Under the pieces are notes generated by a model. It had not been told where the DNA came from. It was given only the letters and a program-made list of their open reading frames with translations, and ran no database searches. A stretch of DNA of 63,950 bases, the filler included, from an uncultured bacterium (GTDB lineage Bacteria > CAZSTA01), in assembly GCA_964609495.1 (NCBI GenBank). It is 10 parts of 10 records of this genome, joined end to end, with 100 filler letters (N's around TTAATTAATTAA, not from the genome) between each part and the next. Parts side by side here need not be neighbours in the genome. Positions count along the whole stretch, not along the records: positions 48,008 to 54,553 come from CAZSTA010000198.1; positions 54,654 to 61,196 come from CAZSTA010000199.1; positions 61,297 to 63,950 come from CAZSTA010000298.1; 7 more parts are not named here. One strand, written 5' to 3'. Both the position numbers and the translations under genes were made by a program. Below, piece by piece: positions 52,517 to 62,170 of this stretch; position 1 is the first letter of the stretch, and each line of letters opens with the position of its first letter.

Positions 52517-53566
52517 CTATCGCTTCCCTTTGCTTATTAATTCTCCCCTATTATATATGCTTCTCAGCGCCTTTGGGTTATCTAACACCTTTCCAGCTCC
52601 GTATGCTACGCAGGATAGAGGGTCTTCCGCCACTATCACTGGAATACCCATCTCCCTAACCAACAGGATATCTAAGCCCTTCAGAAGAGAACCACCTCCA
52701 GCCATAACTAAGCCTCTGGTGGTTATATCGGCTGCTAATTCGGGCGGAGTGTTCTCTAGGGTGACCCGAACTGCTTCCACAATAGCGTTTATTGGCTCTC
52801 GCAGAGCCTCCCTAATCTGGGATTCGGTTATCTCTATCGTCTTGGGAAGTCCCTCCACCATATCACGTCCCTTGACCTCCATGGACATATCTCCATCTCT
52901 CTGACGGCAAGCAGTGCCTATCTTAAACTTTATCTCCTCAGCGGAGTGGAGTCCAATGAGAAAGTTACAATTCTTCTTCAAGTAAGATACAATAGCCTCA
53001 TCCATCTCATCGCCCGCGGTCCTGATCGATCTATCAACGACGATCCCTCCGAGAGAGATTACCGCTACCTCAGTTGTTCCTCCCCCGACATCGACTACCA
53101 TATTACCCACCGGTTCGTGGATAGGCAGACCAGCGCCGATGGCCGCGGCTATCGGCTCTTCCACTAAATATGCCTGTCTAACCCCTGCCTCTTTTACAAC
53201 CTCTATGACTGCTCTCCTTTCCACCTCGGTGACTCCTGATGGGACGCAGATAACGACTCGAGGACGTCGAAATATAGCAAATCTATTTCTTACTCGCGAG
53301 AGGAAGTACTGTAGCATACTCCTAGTTATACTGAAATCAGTGATAACGCCATCCCTTATCGGTCTTATTACTTCGATATTAATTGGAGCGCGACCGATCA
53401 TCCTTTTAGCCGCAATACCAACCGCTAGGACTTTATTCGATCCTCTCTCTACAGCTACGACCGAGGGCTCTCTCAGAATTATCCCTTTATGCATAACATA
53501 GACCAGGGTGTTCGCTGTTCCCAAATCTATTCCCAAATCTTCTCCAAATATTATCCGCATATTCAA
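52517..53566 (-). CDS. mreB: Actin-like MreB
   Basis: GIDLGTANT, EEPIAAAIGAG, VDVGGGTTE. Confidence 0.96.
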   Translation of the reverse strand: MNMRIIFGEDLGIDLGTANTLVYVMHKGIILREPSVVAVERGSNKVLAVGIAAKRMIGRAPINIEVIRPIRDGVITDFSITRSMLQYFLSRVRNRFAIFRRPRVVICVPSGVTEVERRAVIEVVKEAGVRQAYLVEEPIAAAIGAGLPIHEPVGNMVVDVGGGTTEVAVISLGGIVVDRSIRTAGDEMDEAIVSYLKKNCNFLIGLHSAEEIKFKIGTACRQRDGDMSMEVKGRDMVEGLPKTIEITESQIREALREPINAIVEAVRVTLENTPPELAADITTRGLVMAGGGSLLKGLDILLVREMGIPVIVAEDPLSCVAYGAGKVLDNPKALRSIYNRGELISKGKR

Positions 53567-53758
53567 ATCGGTGTTCTCCTTTTCCAGAGGTAGATGGCTC
53601 CTCCCCTCTACCTCTCCTATATCAATTATTAGTAATTGAAAATTAGAATATCACTGCTGACCCGACTATTCTCTGCTTTCTAACTATCATCCTCTGTCTA
53701 TATACAGATATCACATCTAAAACTGCACTTCGCTACACTATATATAATTATTATATTA

Positions 53759-54496
53759 TCATCTTCTAGCGCGGAGTTTTGAGGTGACATCTATATATCC
53801 TTTTTCTCTCAGGCTAACATATCTTCCATCACCGATAATAATATGATCGAGTAGTTCTATACCTAAGATATCACCTGCTTGTCTCAACCTTTTTGTGACC
53901 TCGATATCCTCTTGACTGGGCTGAGGATCCCCACTGGGATGATTATGAGCAGCGATTAGAGAGGCACTAGAGCTTTTCACTGCTTCCTTAAAGCACTCGC
54001 GAGGATGAGATATGTTGGAATTGAGCGATCCTATAGATACAGTATTAATTTTGATCAGTCTGCCTTTAGTATCCAATAGAGCTACCTTGAAATGCTCCTC
54101 CTCTAAATATCTCATCATCGGCATCAGGATATTTACCACATCTTCTGGGGAACTTATCACCGGTCTTATCTCTTCGTTAAAGGCAACGAGTCTTTTCCCT
54201 AACTCAAAGGCAGCCATTATCTGAGCAGCCTTAGCTAATCCAACTCCTTTGGTAGTGCTTAATTCCCCGATCCCCGCTCTCGCTAGAGCAGGTAGGTTTC
54301 TGTAGGAAGCTATTAATCTCTCTGCTAAAGCTATCGCGCTTTCGGAGGAGCTCCCTGCCCTCAGAATAATAGCTAACAGTTCGGTGGTAGATAGGGACTC
54401 AGGGCCGAGCAGGGATAATCTTTCTCGAGGGCGTTGATCTGGGGGCAACTCTTTCAAGGTGGGGCGATATTTTATTATAGCCTCTCTAGCCAACAA
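53759..54496 (-). CDS. radC: RadC/UPF0758 JAB-domain protein
   Basis: RPRERL, HPRECF, AHNHPSGDPQPSQED, LLDHIIIG. Confidence 0.95.
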   Translation of the reverse strand: MLAREAIIKYRPTLKELPPDQRPRERLSLLGPESLSTTELLAIILRAGSSSESAIALAERLIASYRNLPALARAGIGELSTTKGVGLAKAAQIMAAFELGKRLVAFNEEIRPVISSPEDVVNILMPMMRYLEEEHFKVALLDTKGRLIKINTVSIGSLNSNISHPRECFKEAVKSSSASLIAAHNHPSGDPQPSQEDIEVTKRLRQAGDILGIELLDHIIIGDGRYVSLREKGYIDVTSKLRARR

Positions 54497-54653
54497 GCTC
54501 TCTTCCCTCTCTATCTCCTCTTCTATTGCTATTTCGTCTCCTGCTCTGGGCCANNNNNNNNNNNNNNNNNNNNNNNNNNNNNNNNNNNNNNNNNNNNTTA
54601 ATTAATTAANNNNNNNNNNNNNNNNNNNNNNNNNNNNNNNNNNNNNNNNNNNN

Positions 54654-55178
54654 GGAGTGGAGCTATCCAAATGGGCAGCGAGATATGCTAGTGATATGCT
54701 AGGAGTAGAGATATATAACGGAACATTAGAAGAGGCTACCTTCTCAGATTCCTTCTTCGACGCAGTTCATATCCATAATGTTTTGGAACATTGTGAAGAT
54801 CCCTATAGTGTTCTTCTGGAGATAAAGCGAATCCTGAAAGTTGGAGGGATGGTTGTAATCGAAATTCCTAATGGGATGAGCATAATATCCAAGTTAAATA
54901 TCCTTATGGGAAAGGGATACAAACCCCTTACACCTCCTCCTGAACACCTCTATTTCTTCACTCAGAAGACTCTAAGGGATATAGTCCTAAAGAGCGGCTT
55001 TGAGATAATCAAGGAGAAGCAGGAGAGTTTAGGCGATCCGATAAGGAGTTCGGCTTATCCTATAACCCTATCTAGCTCTTGGAAGGAGCAGATTTTGAAG
55101 TTAATATTTAGAATACATCTGGATATCCTCTTAAAAGCAGCCAATTTCCTCATCATAGTTGCTAGAAAGAGCAAATGA
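54654..55178 (+). CDS. Class I SAM-dependent methyltransferase (5' truncated)
   Basis: FDAVHIHNVLEH..LKVGG..PN, EHLYFFT. Confidence 0.85.
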   Translation, partial: GVELSKWAARYASDMLGVEIYNGTLEEATFSDSFFDAVHIHNVLEHCEDPYSVLLEIKRILKVGGMVVIEIPNGMSIISKLNILMGKGYKPLTPPPEHLYFFTQKTLRDIVLKSGFEIIKEKQESLGDPIRSSAYPITLSSSWKEQILKLIFRIHLDILLKAANFLIIVARKSK

Positions 55179-56737
55179 GTATAGACTTGAGAAAAGGAGT
55201 AGCTAAGAATACCTTCTTTGTCGCCTTCCTCAGCTTCGGAGGGATGATCCTAAATCTCCTGAAGGAGGTGATAATCGCCGCCAAGTTTGGGGCGAGCTAT
55301 CATCTGGATGCCTTTCTGATCGCTTTCATTATCCCGACGTTTGTAAGCACTTTATTAATTGGCGGAATAGATTCGGCTTACATTCCAGTTATAACTAAAT
55401 ATCTCAAGAAAGAGGATAGATCGCAATTTCTCTCTATCACCAGAAATTTTTTAAGCACTTTACTCATAGTTCTACTATTCTTAGCGGTTATTATATGGCT
55501 CTCCTCTCCGCTCTTAGTTCATCTATTAGCCCCTGGTTTCTCTGCTAAAGTCTCCCATCTTGCTATGCAGATGATATGGATAACAACATCTGCTATTATT
55601 TTCATTGGATTATCTGGTGCGCTTTCTGCTATCCTGAATACCTTCGGCTTATTCACAATACCTGCCCTTGGCTCTATCGTATTCATAGGCACTTCCATAG
55701 TTACTCTGTTGCTCCTCGTCGAGAAGTGGGGCATATATAGTTTGGCGGTAGGGGTGACCCTCTCGGCAATAGCTCAAGTTCTGCTTTTGATATTATCTCC
55801 GATTAACAGGCAGAAATTATTCACCACTGTCTATTTCGGGCTTGCTCATCCCGAAGTTAAGAAGATTTACCAGATGCTCTTGGTGGTTATTCTAGGGAGG
55901 ATGATCGCTCAAGCGAATCTGATCATAGATAGGGTGATAACCTCTGGATTACGAGAAGGTAGTATCTCCATTTTGAATTATGCTAATAGAGTAGCCTTCT
56001 TTCCCCTCACTCTGATCGTAGTCCCTATATCTACGATACTCCTTCCCAATCTATCCAGATATTTCAATGAGCGAAAACCCTCCGAATTTGCGAATCTTAC
56101 CTCTGCCGCAATCAGATATATGTTGATGTTGATCATCCCTATATCAGTTGGTCTTATACTTCTTCGAGAACCGGTAATAAGGATTCTATATGAAAGGGGA
56201 GCTTTCGATAGATCGGCTACCTACTCTAGTGGAAATACCCTGATCTACTATGCTATAGGTCTCTTCGCCAACGGAGTCTATGTGATCTTAAATACTGCTC
56301 TGTATGCTATGGGTGAACCGATGATGGTGGTTAAGATAGGAGGGACAACCTTGATCTTCAATATCATCCTCGATTGCATATTGAGCAGGCTTATGGGAGT
56401 CTCAGGGATCGCCCTGACGACCTCTATAGTCAGCACGATCTGGATGATACTCCTAATAGCTCTAATGAGGAAAAGATTCGAGGGGATATGCGATCGAAAA
56501 ATCCTCATAGCGGGCTTAAAGTTCTTAACTGTCTCCCTCATTATGGGAACGGCGATTTATTTTTATTCCAATTTTCCTCCTAACTTAATAGACATTGAAT
56601 CGTTATCTGGCCAGATATTTCTATTGGGGACTTCTTCGCTGTTGGGATGCTTTATCTATCTGGGGCTACTATATCTTGCTAAATCTGAAGAATTGTTCTA
56701 TCTTTTGAATTTAGTTAGGAATGTTCTGAAGATTTAA
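55175..56737 (+). CDS. murJ: MurJ/MviN-family flippase
   Basis: IAAKFGAS..DAFLIAF, GSISILNYANR, YERGAFD; many TM helices. Confidence 0.85.
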   Translation: MSIDLRKGVAKNTFFVAFLSFGGMILNLLKEVIIAAKFGASYHLDAFLIAFIIPTFVSTLLIGGIDSAYIPVITKYLKKEDRSQFLSITRNFLSTLLIVLLFLAVIIWLSSPLLVHLLAPGFSAKVSHLAMQMIWITTSAIIFIGLSGALSAILNTFGLFTIPALGSIVFIGTSIVTLLLLVEKWGIYSLAVGVTLSAIAQVLLLILSPINRQKLFTTVYFGLAHPEVKKIYQMLLVVILGRMIAQANLIIDRVITSGLREGSISILNYANRVAFFPLTLIVVPISTILLPNLSRYFNERKPSEFANLTSAAIRYMLMLIIPISVGLILLREPVIRILYERGAFDRSATYSSGNTLIYYAIGLFANGVYVILNTALYAMGEPMMVVKIGGTTLIFNIILDCILSRLMGVSGIALTTSIVSTIWMILLIALMRKRFEGICDRKILIAGLKFLTVSLIMGTAIYFYSNFPPNLIDIESLSGQIFLLGTSSLLGCFIYLGLLYLAKSEELFYLLNLVRNVLKI

Positions 56738-56790
56738 GAAATGCTGGTCAAAATACAGAATTTAGGGTATAATGTCAAGTGGGATGTCTT

Positions 56791-57774
56791 ATGAAGTTGG
56801 TGTCTGCTAACATCTTGAACTATAATCAAAAGCATTATCTTTCGCCTTGTCTCGCTTCCCTCTTGGCTCAGACCTATCCCGAAATAGAGATAAACTTTAT
56901 GGACAACGGGTCCTCTGATGGATCAGCTGAGTTCGTTAGGGAGAACTACCCCGAGATAAACTTGATCGAGAATAAGGAGAATCTCTGGTTCACTGGAGGA
57001 CATAACAAGGGGATACGCGAGTCTAAGGGGGATTATATCCTCATTCTCAATACCGATATCGTTCTTCTGCCAAATTTCGTGGAGGAGATGGTCAAGGCGA
57101 TGGAGAGAAGGGATGATAAGAAGATAGGGGCGGTTCAAGGAAAAATTTTTTACCTTCCTCCAGATCAGGAGAGGCCAAGGGAGGAGGGAGAGAGGATAAT
57201 AGATACTACGGGGACCGTGATCTACAAGAGTAGGAGGAACTTCGATCGAGGGCAGGGGGAGAAAGATGAGGGACAGTATGATAGGATCGAATACGTCTTT
57301 TGGGCTGATGCTTGTGCTGGATTGTATAGTCGGGAGATGTTAGAGGATATAGCAGTAGAGGGAGAATACTTCGATGAGACCTTCCTAGCTTATCGAGAGA
57401 TAATAGATATGGCTTGGCGAGCTAGAGCCAGGGGGTGGGAAGTGATCTATACTCCTTATGCCATCGCCCATCATCATCGTGGCTTCAGCCACGAGGCCAG
57501 AAGAAAACAGTCTCCCTTCATAAGGGAACTTTCCTATCGCAATAGATATCTAACCCTTATCAAAAATGATTCATTGAAAGGAATCATCAAAGGGCTTCCT
57601 CAATTAGCCGCCTTTGAGATAGCTATGTTGGGATACGTTCTCCTCGTTGAGCCTCATCTTCTCAAGGCTTTGTTTCAGGTATTCAAGCTACTACCTAAAG
57701 CTCGACGTAAGAGGAGGATAATTAGAAGTAGGCGATTAGTATCTGATGATGAGATATTGAAATGGTTTCTATAA
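56791..57774 (+). CDS. Glycosyltransferase family 2
   Basis: DNGSSDGS, ILILNTD, FDETFLAY. Confidence 0.9.
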   Translation: MKLVSANILNYNQKHYLSPCLASLLAQTYPEIEINFMDNGSSDGSAEFVRENYPEINLIENKENLWFTGGHNKGIRESKGDYILILNTDIVLLPNFVEEMVKAMERRDDKKIGAVQGKIFYLPPDQERPREEGERIIDTTGTVIYKSRRNFDRGQGEKDEGQYDRIEYVFWADACAGLYSREMLEDIAVEGEYFDETFLAYREIIDMAWRARARGWEVIYTPYAIAHHHRGFSHEARRKQSPFIRELSYRNRYLTLIKNDSLKGIIKGLPQLAAFEIAMLGYVLLVEPHLLKALFQVFKLLPKARRKRRIIRSRRLVSDDEILKWFL

Positions 57775-59387
57775 CCAAGATATTTAACAAAATCAATATA
57801 TATTTGCTTATTATACTCCTCTTATCAGCGATATCTTGCCTCATCATTTATCAGAATGAACTGATAAATCGTGGTCCTCCTAAGTGGGATGAGGCTACTC
57901 ACTTTATGTTCGGGGTCAGGATATATCAAGACATAGTGAGAGGAAAGTTCATCTTTTTCCTAGAGGATACTTTTAGGCAAGATTTATGGCCATTCGTCTA
58001 TTCTTGGCAACTGGCGCTCTTCTTCCTCATAACTGGAGATTGCAGCATAACTTCCGCTAGAATCCTAAGCTTAATTCTCTTCTTCTTCTCATCATTAGTT
58101 CTATATGCTCTGGGAAAAGAGGTCACGAAGGATGACGATCGCTTGGCAGGTGCGATCACCAGCTTCCTATTCCTCATCTCTCCTCTGCCGATGTTATTCT
58201 CAGTAGAGGCTATGTTGGAGATGCCCGGATTGCTGGCCTCTTCCCTGGCCTTGCTAGCTTATATCAAAGCTAAGGAGAATAACAAGGGATTATATCTTTT
58301 GACCGGGTTTTTAGTAGCGGCTGTATTCTTAATAAAATATAATTTTGGTCTTCATCTTATAATTATGCTCATCATTATGTTTCTGGTGGATACTCGACTC
58401 AAACTTAAAAGGATTCTGTTAGAGGATAACCCCTACTCATATCTATTTTTGCCTTTGATTGGCATCCTGATTATATGGTTTGCCTTCCCCAGCTTTAAGT
58501 CGAAGATCTACCCGTTTCTTCTTCTGTCGGAAAGCACTACCTACTATCCCGCCTCGGAGTTCTACACTTGGAAAGGATTCATTTACTATCCTATCAGTCT
58601 ATTCAAGGACTATAGTTCATCAGTATTCATCTTCGCAATAACTATTATCTCTTTTATATTATCCTTTAGGGAATGGAGAAACAGACAAGTTAAGATATTG
58701 CTCATCTTCTTCATCTCCGGGTTTTTGTCGCTTATGATTCTCTCCATTAAGCAAGGTAAATTTTTGATCACTATTATGCCCGCCCTATGGGTCCTCACTT
58801 CGAACCAGGTGACTAAGGCGATCTCGAAAGTTGCCAGAAGCCGATCTATGAAGTGGGGATTAGCGATCCTATCCCTGGTCCTAATAGTTCCTGGAATACT
58901 TAATTTATATGGAGGGCGACCCACAGACTCCGATGAGGATATAGATGTATATAGAGCTCTGGATTTCATCTCGGAGCAGATAGATCCCACTCAGTTCACC
59001 ATGATCTTAGGGGAGTCCAACGATATAAGTCCAGATCTTGTTGACTGGTGGATGGTGAAAAAGACAGGGCTCTTTCATCGCGATTTGAGATTGATACGTC
59101 CATATCGCCCCCCTAGTTCCTCGACTTATGAGAGGGAATTGGATAGGATACTCAAAGCTATCGAAATCCCTTATATCGTTGCTATTGAGATGAAATCGGC
59201 AGTTCGGCGGGATTCTTGGGAGAAATGGGATGAAAAAATAGTTGGTTGGAGAGCCGCTTATATCGAGCCCCTTCAGAAGAGAGATGATTATCACCTAAGC
59301 GCGGCTAGAGAATTTACTAATCCAGAGATGACGATTAAGATCTATTCTAACTCTAAAGTCTTCGGTGAGGAGGTCAAAGATAAGTGA
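57762..59387 (+). CDS. GT-C membrane glycosyltransferase (PMT/ArnT-like)
   Basis: WDEATH loop after the first TM, many TM helices, LIKYN motif, soluble C-terminal domain. Confidence 0.75.
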   Translation: MVSITKIFNKINIYLLIILLLSAISCLIIYQNELINRGPPKWDEATHFMFGVRIYQDIVRGKFIFFLEDTFRQDLWPFVYSWQLALFFLITGDCSITSARILSLILFFFSSLVLYALGKEVTKDDDRLAGAITSFLFLISPLPMLFSVEAMLEMPGLLASSLALLAYIKAKENNKGLYLLTGFLVAAVFLIKYNFGLHLIIMLIIMFLVDTRLKLKRILLEDNPYSYLFLPLIGILIIWFAFPSFKSKIYPFLLLSESTTYYPASEFYTWKGFIYYPISLFKDYSSSVFIFAITIISFILSFREWRNRQVKILLIFFISGFLSLMILSIKQGKFLITIMPALWVLTSNQVTKAISKVARSRSMKWGLAILSLVLIVPGILNLYGGRPTDSDEDIDVYRALDFISEQIDPTQFTMILGESNDISPDLVDWWMVKKTGLFHRDLRLIRPYRPPSSSTYERELDRILKAIEIPYIVAIEMKSAVRRDSWEKWDEKIVGWRAAYIEPLQKRDDYHLSAAREFTNPEMTIKIYSNSKVFGEEVKDK

Positions 59388-60829
59388 ATATATTGATGCT
59401 CAATCCCCCATTCTTAGATAAATTCTCCCGCAGTCAGCGATCTCCGGCGGTAACTAAGAGCGGAACTTTATATTACCCTATATGGCTAGCTTATGCCACC
59501 GGTGCTCTGGAGGAGAGAGGGTTTCCCGTGAAGCTCGTCGATGCAGAAGCCCGAGGTTATAGTCTCTCCGAGGCGCTCGACGAGGTTCAGGATTTCAATC
59601 CCCACCTGATAGTGATAGATACCAGCACTCCCAGTATCTATAACGATGTTAAGGTTGCTGAGGCGATGAAGGACACCTTCAAACAGGCTTATGTCGTGCT
59701 AGTGGGGACTCACGTTTCCGCTCTTCCCACCGAGGTCTTATCGCTTAGCGATAAGATAGATGCTGTCGCTCGAAGGGAATATGACGAGACCTTGTGTGAT
59801 TTAGCTTTTACCCTCGATTCCCAAGGAGATTTAACTCAGGTAGCAGGAATAAGCTTTCGACAGGGGAATGAGATAATCCACAATCCCGATAGGAAGCCCT
59901 TGGAGGATCTGGATTCCCTGCCCTTCGTCAGTAAGGTGTATCGGAAGCATCTTAGGATAGAGGATTACTTCTATGCTATCTGTCGCTATCCTCAAGTTGC
60001 TATCGTCACTGGACGAGGCTGTCCTTATAGATGCACTTATTGTCTATTTCCTCAAACGCTTCACGGAAGGAAAGTTCGCTATCGCAGGGTGGAGAGCGTG
60101 GTGGATGAATTGGAGTTCATAGCAAATGAACTCCCGCAGGTTAAAGAGGTCTTCATCGAGGATGATACCTTAACTGTGAATAAGAAGAGATGTTTGGAGC
60201 TCTCAGATGAGATATTGAGGAGAGGGCTGAAGATCACTTGGACAGCTAACTCCAGAGCTGACATCGATCTGGAAACGCTTAAAAGTTTGAAGGCGGCGGG
60301 ATGTAGACTCCTCTGTGTAGGGGTGGAGAGTGGCGTCCAAGAGATATTAGATAACATTCATAAGGGGATAAAGCTGGATCAGATCAGGCAATTTATGAGA
60401 GATGCTAAAAAGGCAAAGGTCCTAATTCACGGATGTTTCTTAGTGGGAGGGCCAGGGGAGACGAAGGAGACGCTGAAGAAGACCCTTGATTTTGCTAAAG
60501 AGCTGAATCCTGATACCGTTCAATTCTTTCCCTTGATGGTTTATCCGGGCACCGAAGCCTATGAATGGGCTAAGACGAGCGGATATCTCACCACTCTTGA
60601 TTTTTCTCAATGGCTGACTCCAGAGGGATTGCATAACTGTGTGGTGAGCAGACCCGGACTCTCGAACAAGGAATTAGTCGCTTTCTGTGATGAGGCGCGT
60701 CGCAGATTCTATTTACGCCCCCGATATATATTAGGCAAACTAAAGCAATCTCTCACCAACTCCGAGGAGGCTAGAAGGACATTTAAATCGAGCAGAACAT
60801 TCTTTAGATATCTATTTAGATTGTCGTGA
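59384..60829 (+). CDS. B12-binding radical SAM protein (HpnJ-like)
   Basis: GRGCPYRCTYC CX3CX2C motif, N-terminal cobalamin-binding-like domain, GVESG, YPGT. Confidence 0.88.
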   Translation: MNILMLNPPFLDKFSRSQRSPAVTKSGTLYYPIWLAYATGALEERGFPVKLVDAEARGYSLSEALDEVQDFNPHLIVIDTSTPSIYNDVKVAEAMKDTFKQAYVVLVGTHVSALPTEVLSLSDKIDAVARREYDETLCDLAFTLDSQGDLTQVAGISFRQGNEIIHNPDRKPLEDLDSLPFVSKVYRKHLRIEDYFYAICRYPQVAIVTGRGCPYRCTYCLFPQTLHGRKVRYRRVESVVDELEFIANELPQVKEVFIEDDTLTVNKKRCLELSDEILRRGLKITWTANSRADIDLETLKSLKAAGCRLLCVGVESGVQEILDNIHKGIKLDQIRQFMRDAKKAKVLIHGCFLVGGPGETKETLKKTLDFAKELNPDTVQFFPLMVYPGTEAYEWAKTSGYLTTLDFSQWLTPEGLHNCVVSRPGLSNKELVAFCDEARRRFYLRPRYILGKLKQSLTNSEEARRTFKSSRTFFRYLFRLS

Positions 60830-60929
60830 CCCACCTCCAGCCTCTTAGATAGTTTTTGAGAAATTAATCGGACCGCCCTCAGAGGAGATAACTTATGATC
60901 CAGTTAATATTTCAAGGACATAAAATAAG

Positions 60930-60963
60930 AAGCTGGAGAGCTTAATGATAAACTCTCCAGCTT
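60930..60963. terminator. Hairpin between convergent genes
   Basis: AAGCTGGAGAG...CTCTCCAGCTT. Confidence 0.65.
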
Positions 60964-60986
60964 ATTTAACCAATCTCTACTTATCT

Positions 60987-61196
60987 TTACTTAACTATCG
61001 CCATCTTCTCAAGAGCTTCCACTTTCCTCTCCTCATCTCTTGCTTCTAGCTTGTAGATATATACCCCATTGTCTATTAACTCTCCTTTCTCATCTAAGCC
61101 GTCCCATTCATACTCGTTGTATCCTGCTTCAGATGGCAATCCCTCTATCTTCCTCACTAATTCCCCGGCTACGGTGTAGAGCTTCAAGGTTACTCT
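60987..61196 (-). CDS. C-terminal FlgD-Ig-like domain of a larger protein (5' truncated)
   Basis: LYTVAGELVR..WDGLDEKGELIDNGVYIYKL. Confidence 0.8.
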   Translation of the reverse strand, partial: RVTLKLYTVAGELVRKIEGLPSEAGYNEYEWDGLDEKGELIDNGVYIYKLEARDEERKVEALEKMAIVK

Positions 61197-61302
61197 NNNN
61201 NNNNNNNNNNNNNNNNNNNNNNNNNNNNNNNNNNNNNNNNTTAATTAATTAANNNNNNNNNNNNNNNNNNNNNNNNNNNNNNNNNNNNNNNNNNNNAGGG
61301 AT

Positions 61303-61353
61303 AAAAGGTAACTTTTTAACCTTGAGTCCTATTTGAAGCAAAAGTTACCTTCT
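61303..61353 (+). mobile_element. 51-bp palindromic micro-element nested in a REP-like hairpin
   Basis: AGGGAT[AAAAGGTAACTTTT..AAAAGTTACCTTCT]AAGGGTGAGGGGGG. Confidence 0.8.
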
Positions 61354-61384
61354 AAGGGTGAGGGGGGATTATATCTTGAACTCT

Positions 61385-61415
61385 AAAATAAAAAAGCCAG
61401 GCTTTGAACCTGGCT
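61385..61415 (-). terminator. Rho-independent terminator
   Basis: Minus strand AGCCAGG-ttcaaag-CCTGGCT-TTTTTATTTT. Confidence 0.75.
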
Positions 61416-61441
61416 AATTATAAGTCGATCACTCGATTTCG

Positions 61442-62170
61442 TTAATAGGCGTATATCTTCCCATAAGGACGATGCGAGTAGGGATATAACTTTCTGAATC
61501 CTGGCTTCATAACCTCCTCTAGGTCCAGACCGAAATCTTGACAATATTCGGCTAGGTATCCCCTTATCTCCTCTTCCTCTTCTAGTTCGTATATTCCTAC
61601 TCCTTTCCCAACCTGATATTCCTCTATCTCGCCTCTTATATAGACATTCCCTCCATGCATTCCAGTCCCTATATGATTGCCAAGGATAGGAACATCATCA
61701 GCTCTATCGAGTCCTAAGATGATCATAACTCCTCCAGCCATATATTCACCGAAGAAGTCCTTTGCCACTCCCCCTATAACGATCACTGGAATCTGATCTT
61801 TGTATGATTTCATATGTATCCCCACCCGATAACCGACCTCGCCTCGGATAAAGATCTTTCCTCCCCGCAGTGAATATCCGACCACATCTCCCGCATCGCC
61901 ATGAACAACTATCTTCCCAGCGTTCATAGTATTTCCGATAGCATCTTGACCATTCCCATTGACGATAATCCGCGGGCCATTCATAAAAGCGGCTAGATCA
62001 TTCCCCGGCACTCCATTGATGATGATATCAGCTTCCTGATTGACCCCACAGCCGATATATCGCTGACCATTAACGTTATCGAGTATTATCTCCCTCTCTC
62101 CTACTTTCAAAGCCTCGTGGATCATATCGTTGAGAATTTTATAATGTAATCCTTTAGCATCTATTCTCAT
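61442..62170 (-). CDS. Glutamate synthase domain-3 (GXGXG beta-helix) stand-alone protein
   Basis: GQRYIG, GNTMNAG, GEYMAGG, GTGMHGG repeats. Confidence 0.88.
   Translation of the reverse strand: MRIDAKGLHYKILNDMIHEALKVGEREIILDNVNGQRYIGCGVNQEADIIINGVPGNDLAAFMNGPRIIVNGNGQDAIGNTMNAGKIVVHGDAGDVVGYSLRGGKIFIRGEVGYRVGIHMKSYKDQIPVIVIGGVAKDFFGEYMAGGVMIILGLDRADDVPILGNHIGTGMHGGNVYIRGEIEEYQVGKGVGIYELEEEEEIRGYLAEYCQDFGLDLEEVMKPGFRKLYPYSHRPYGKIYAY

Noticed and set aside
6934-61296. Regularly spaced TTAATTAATTAA palindromes about every 6.7 kb
   Set aside because: Artificial six-frame-stop linkers between length-sorted contigs; all cross-linker neighbourhoods are meaningless
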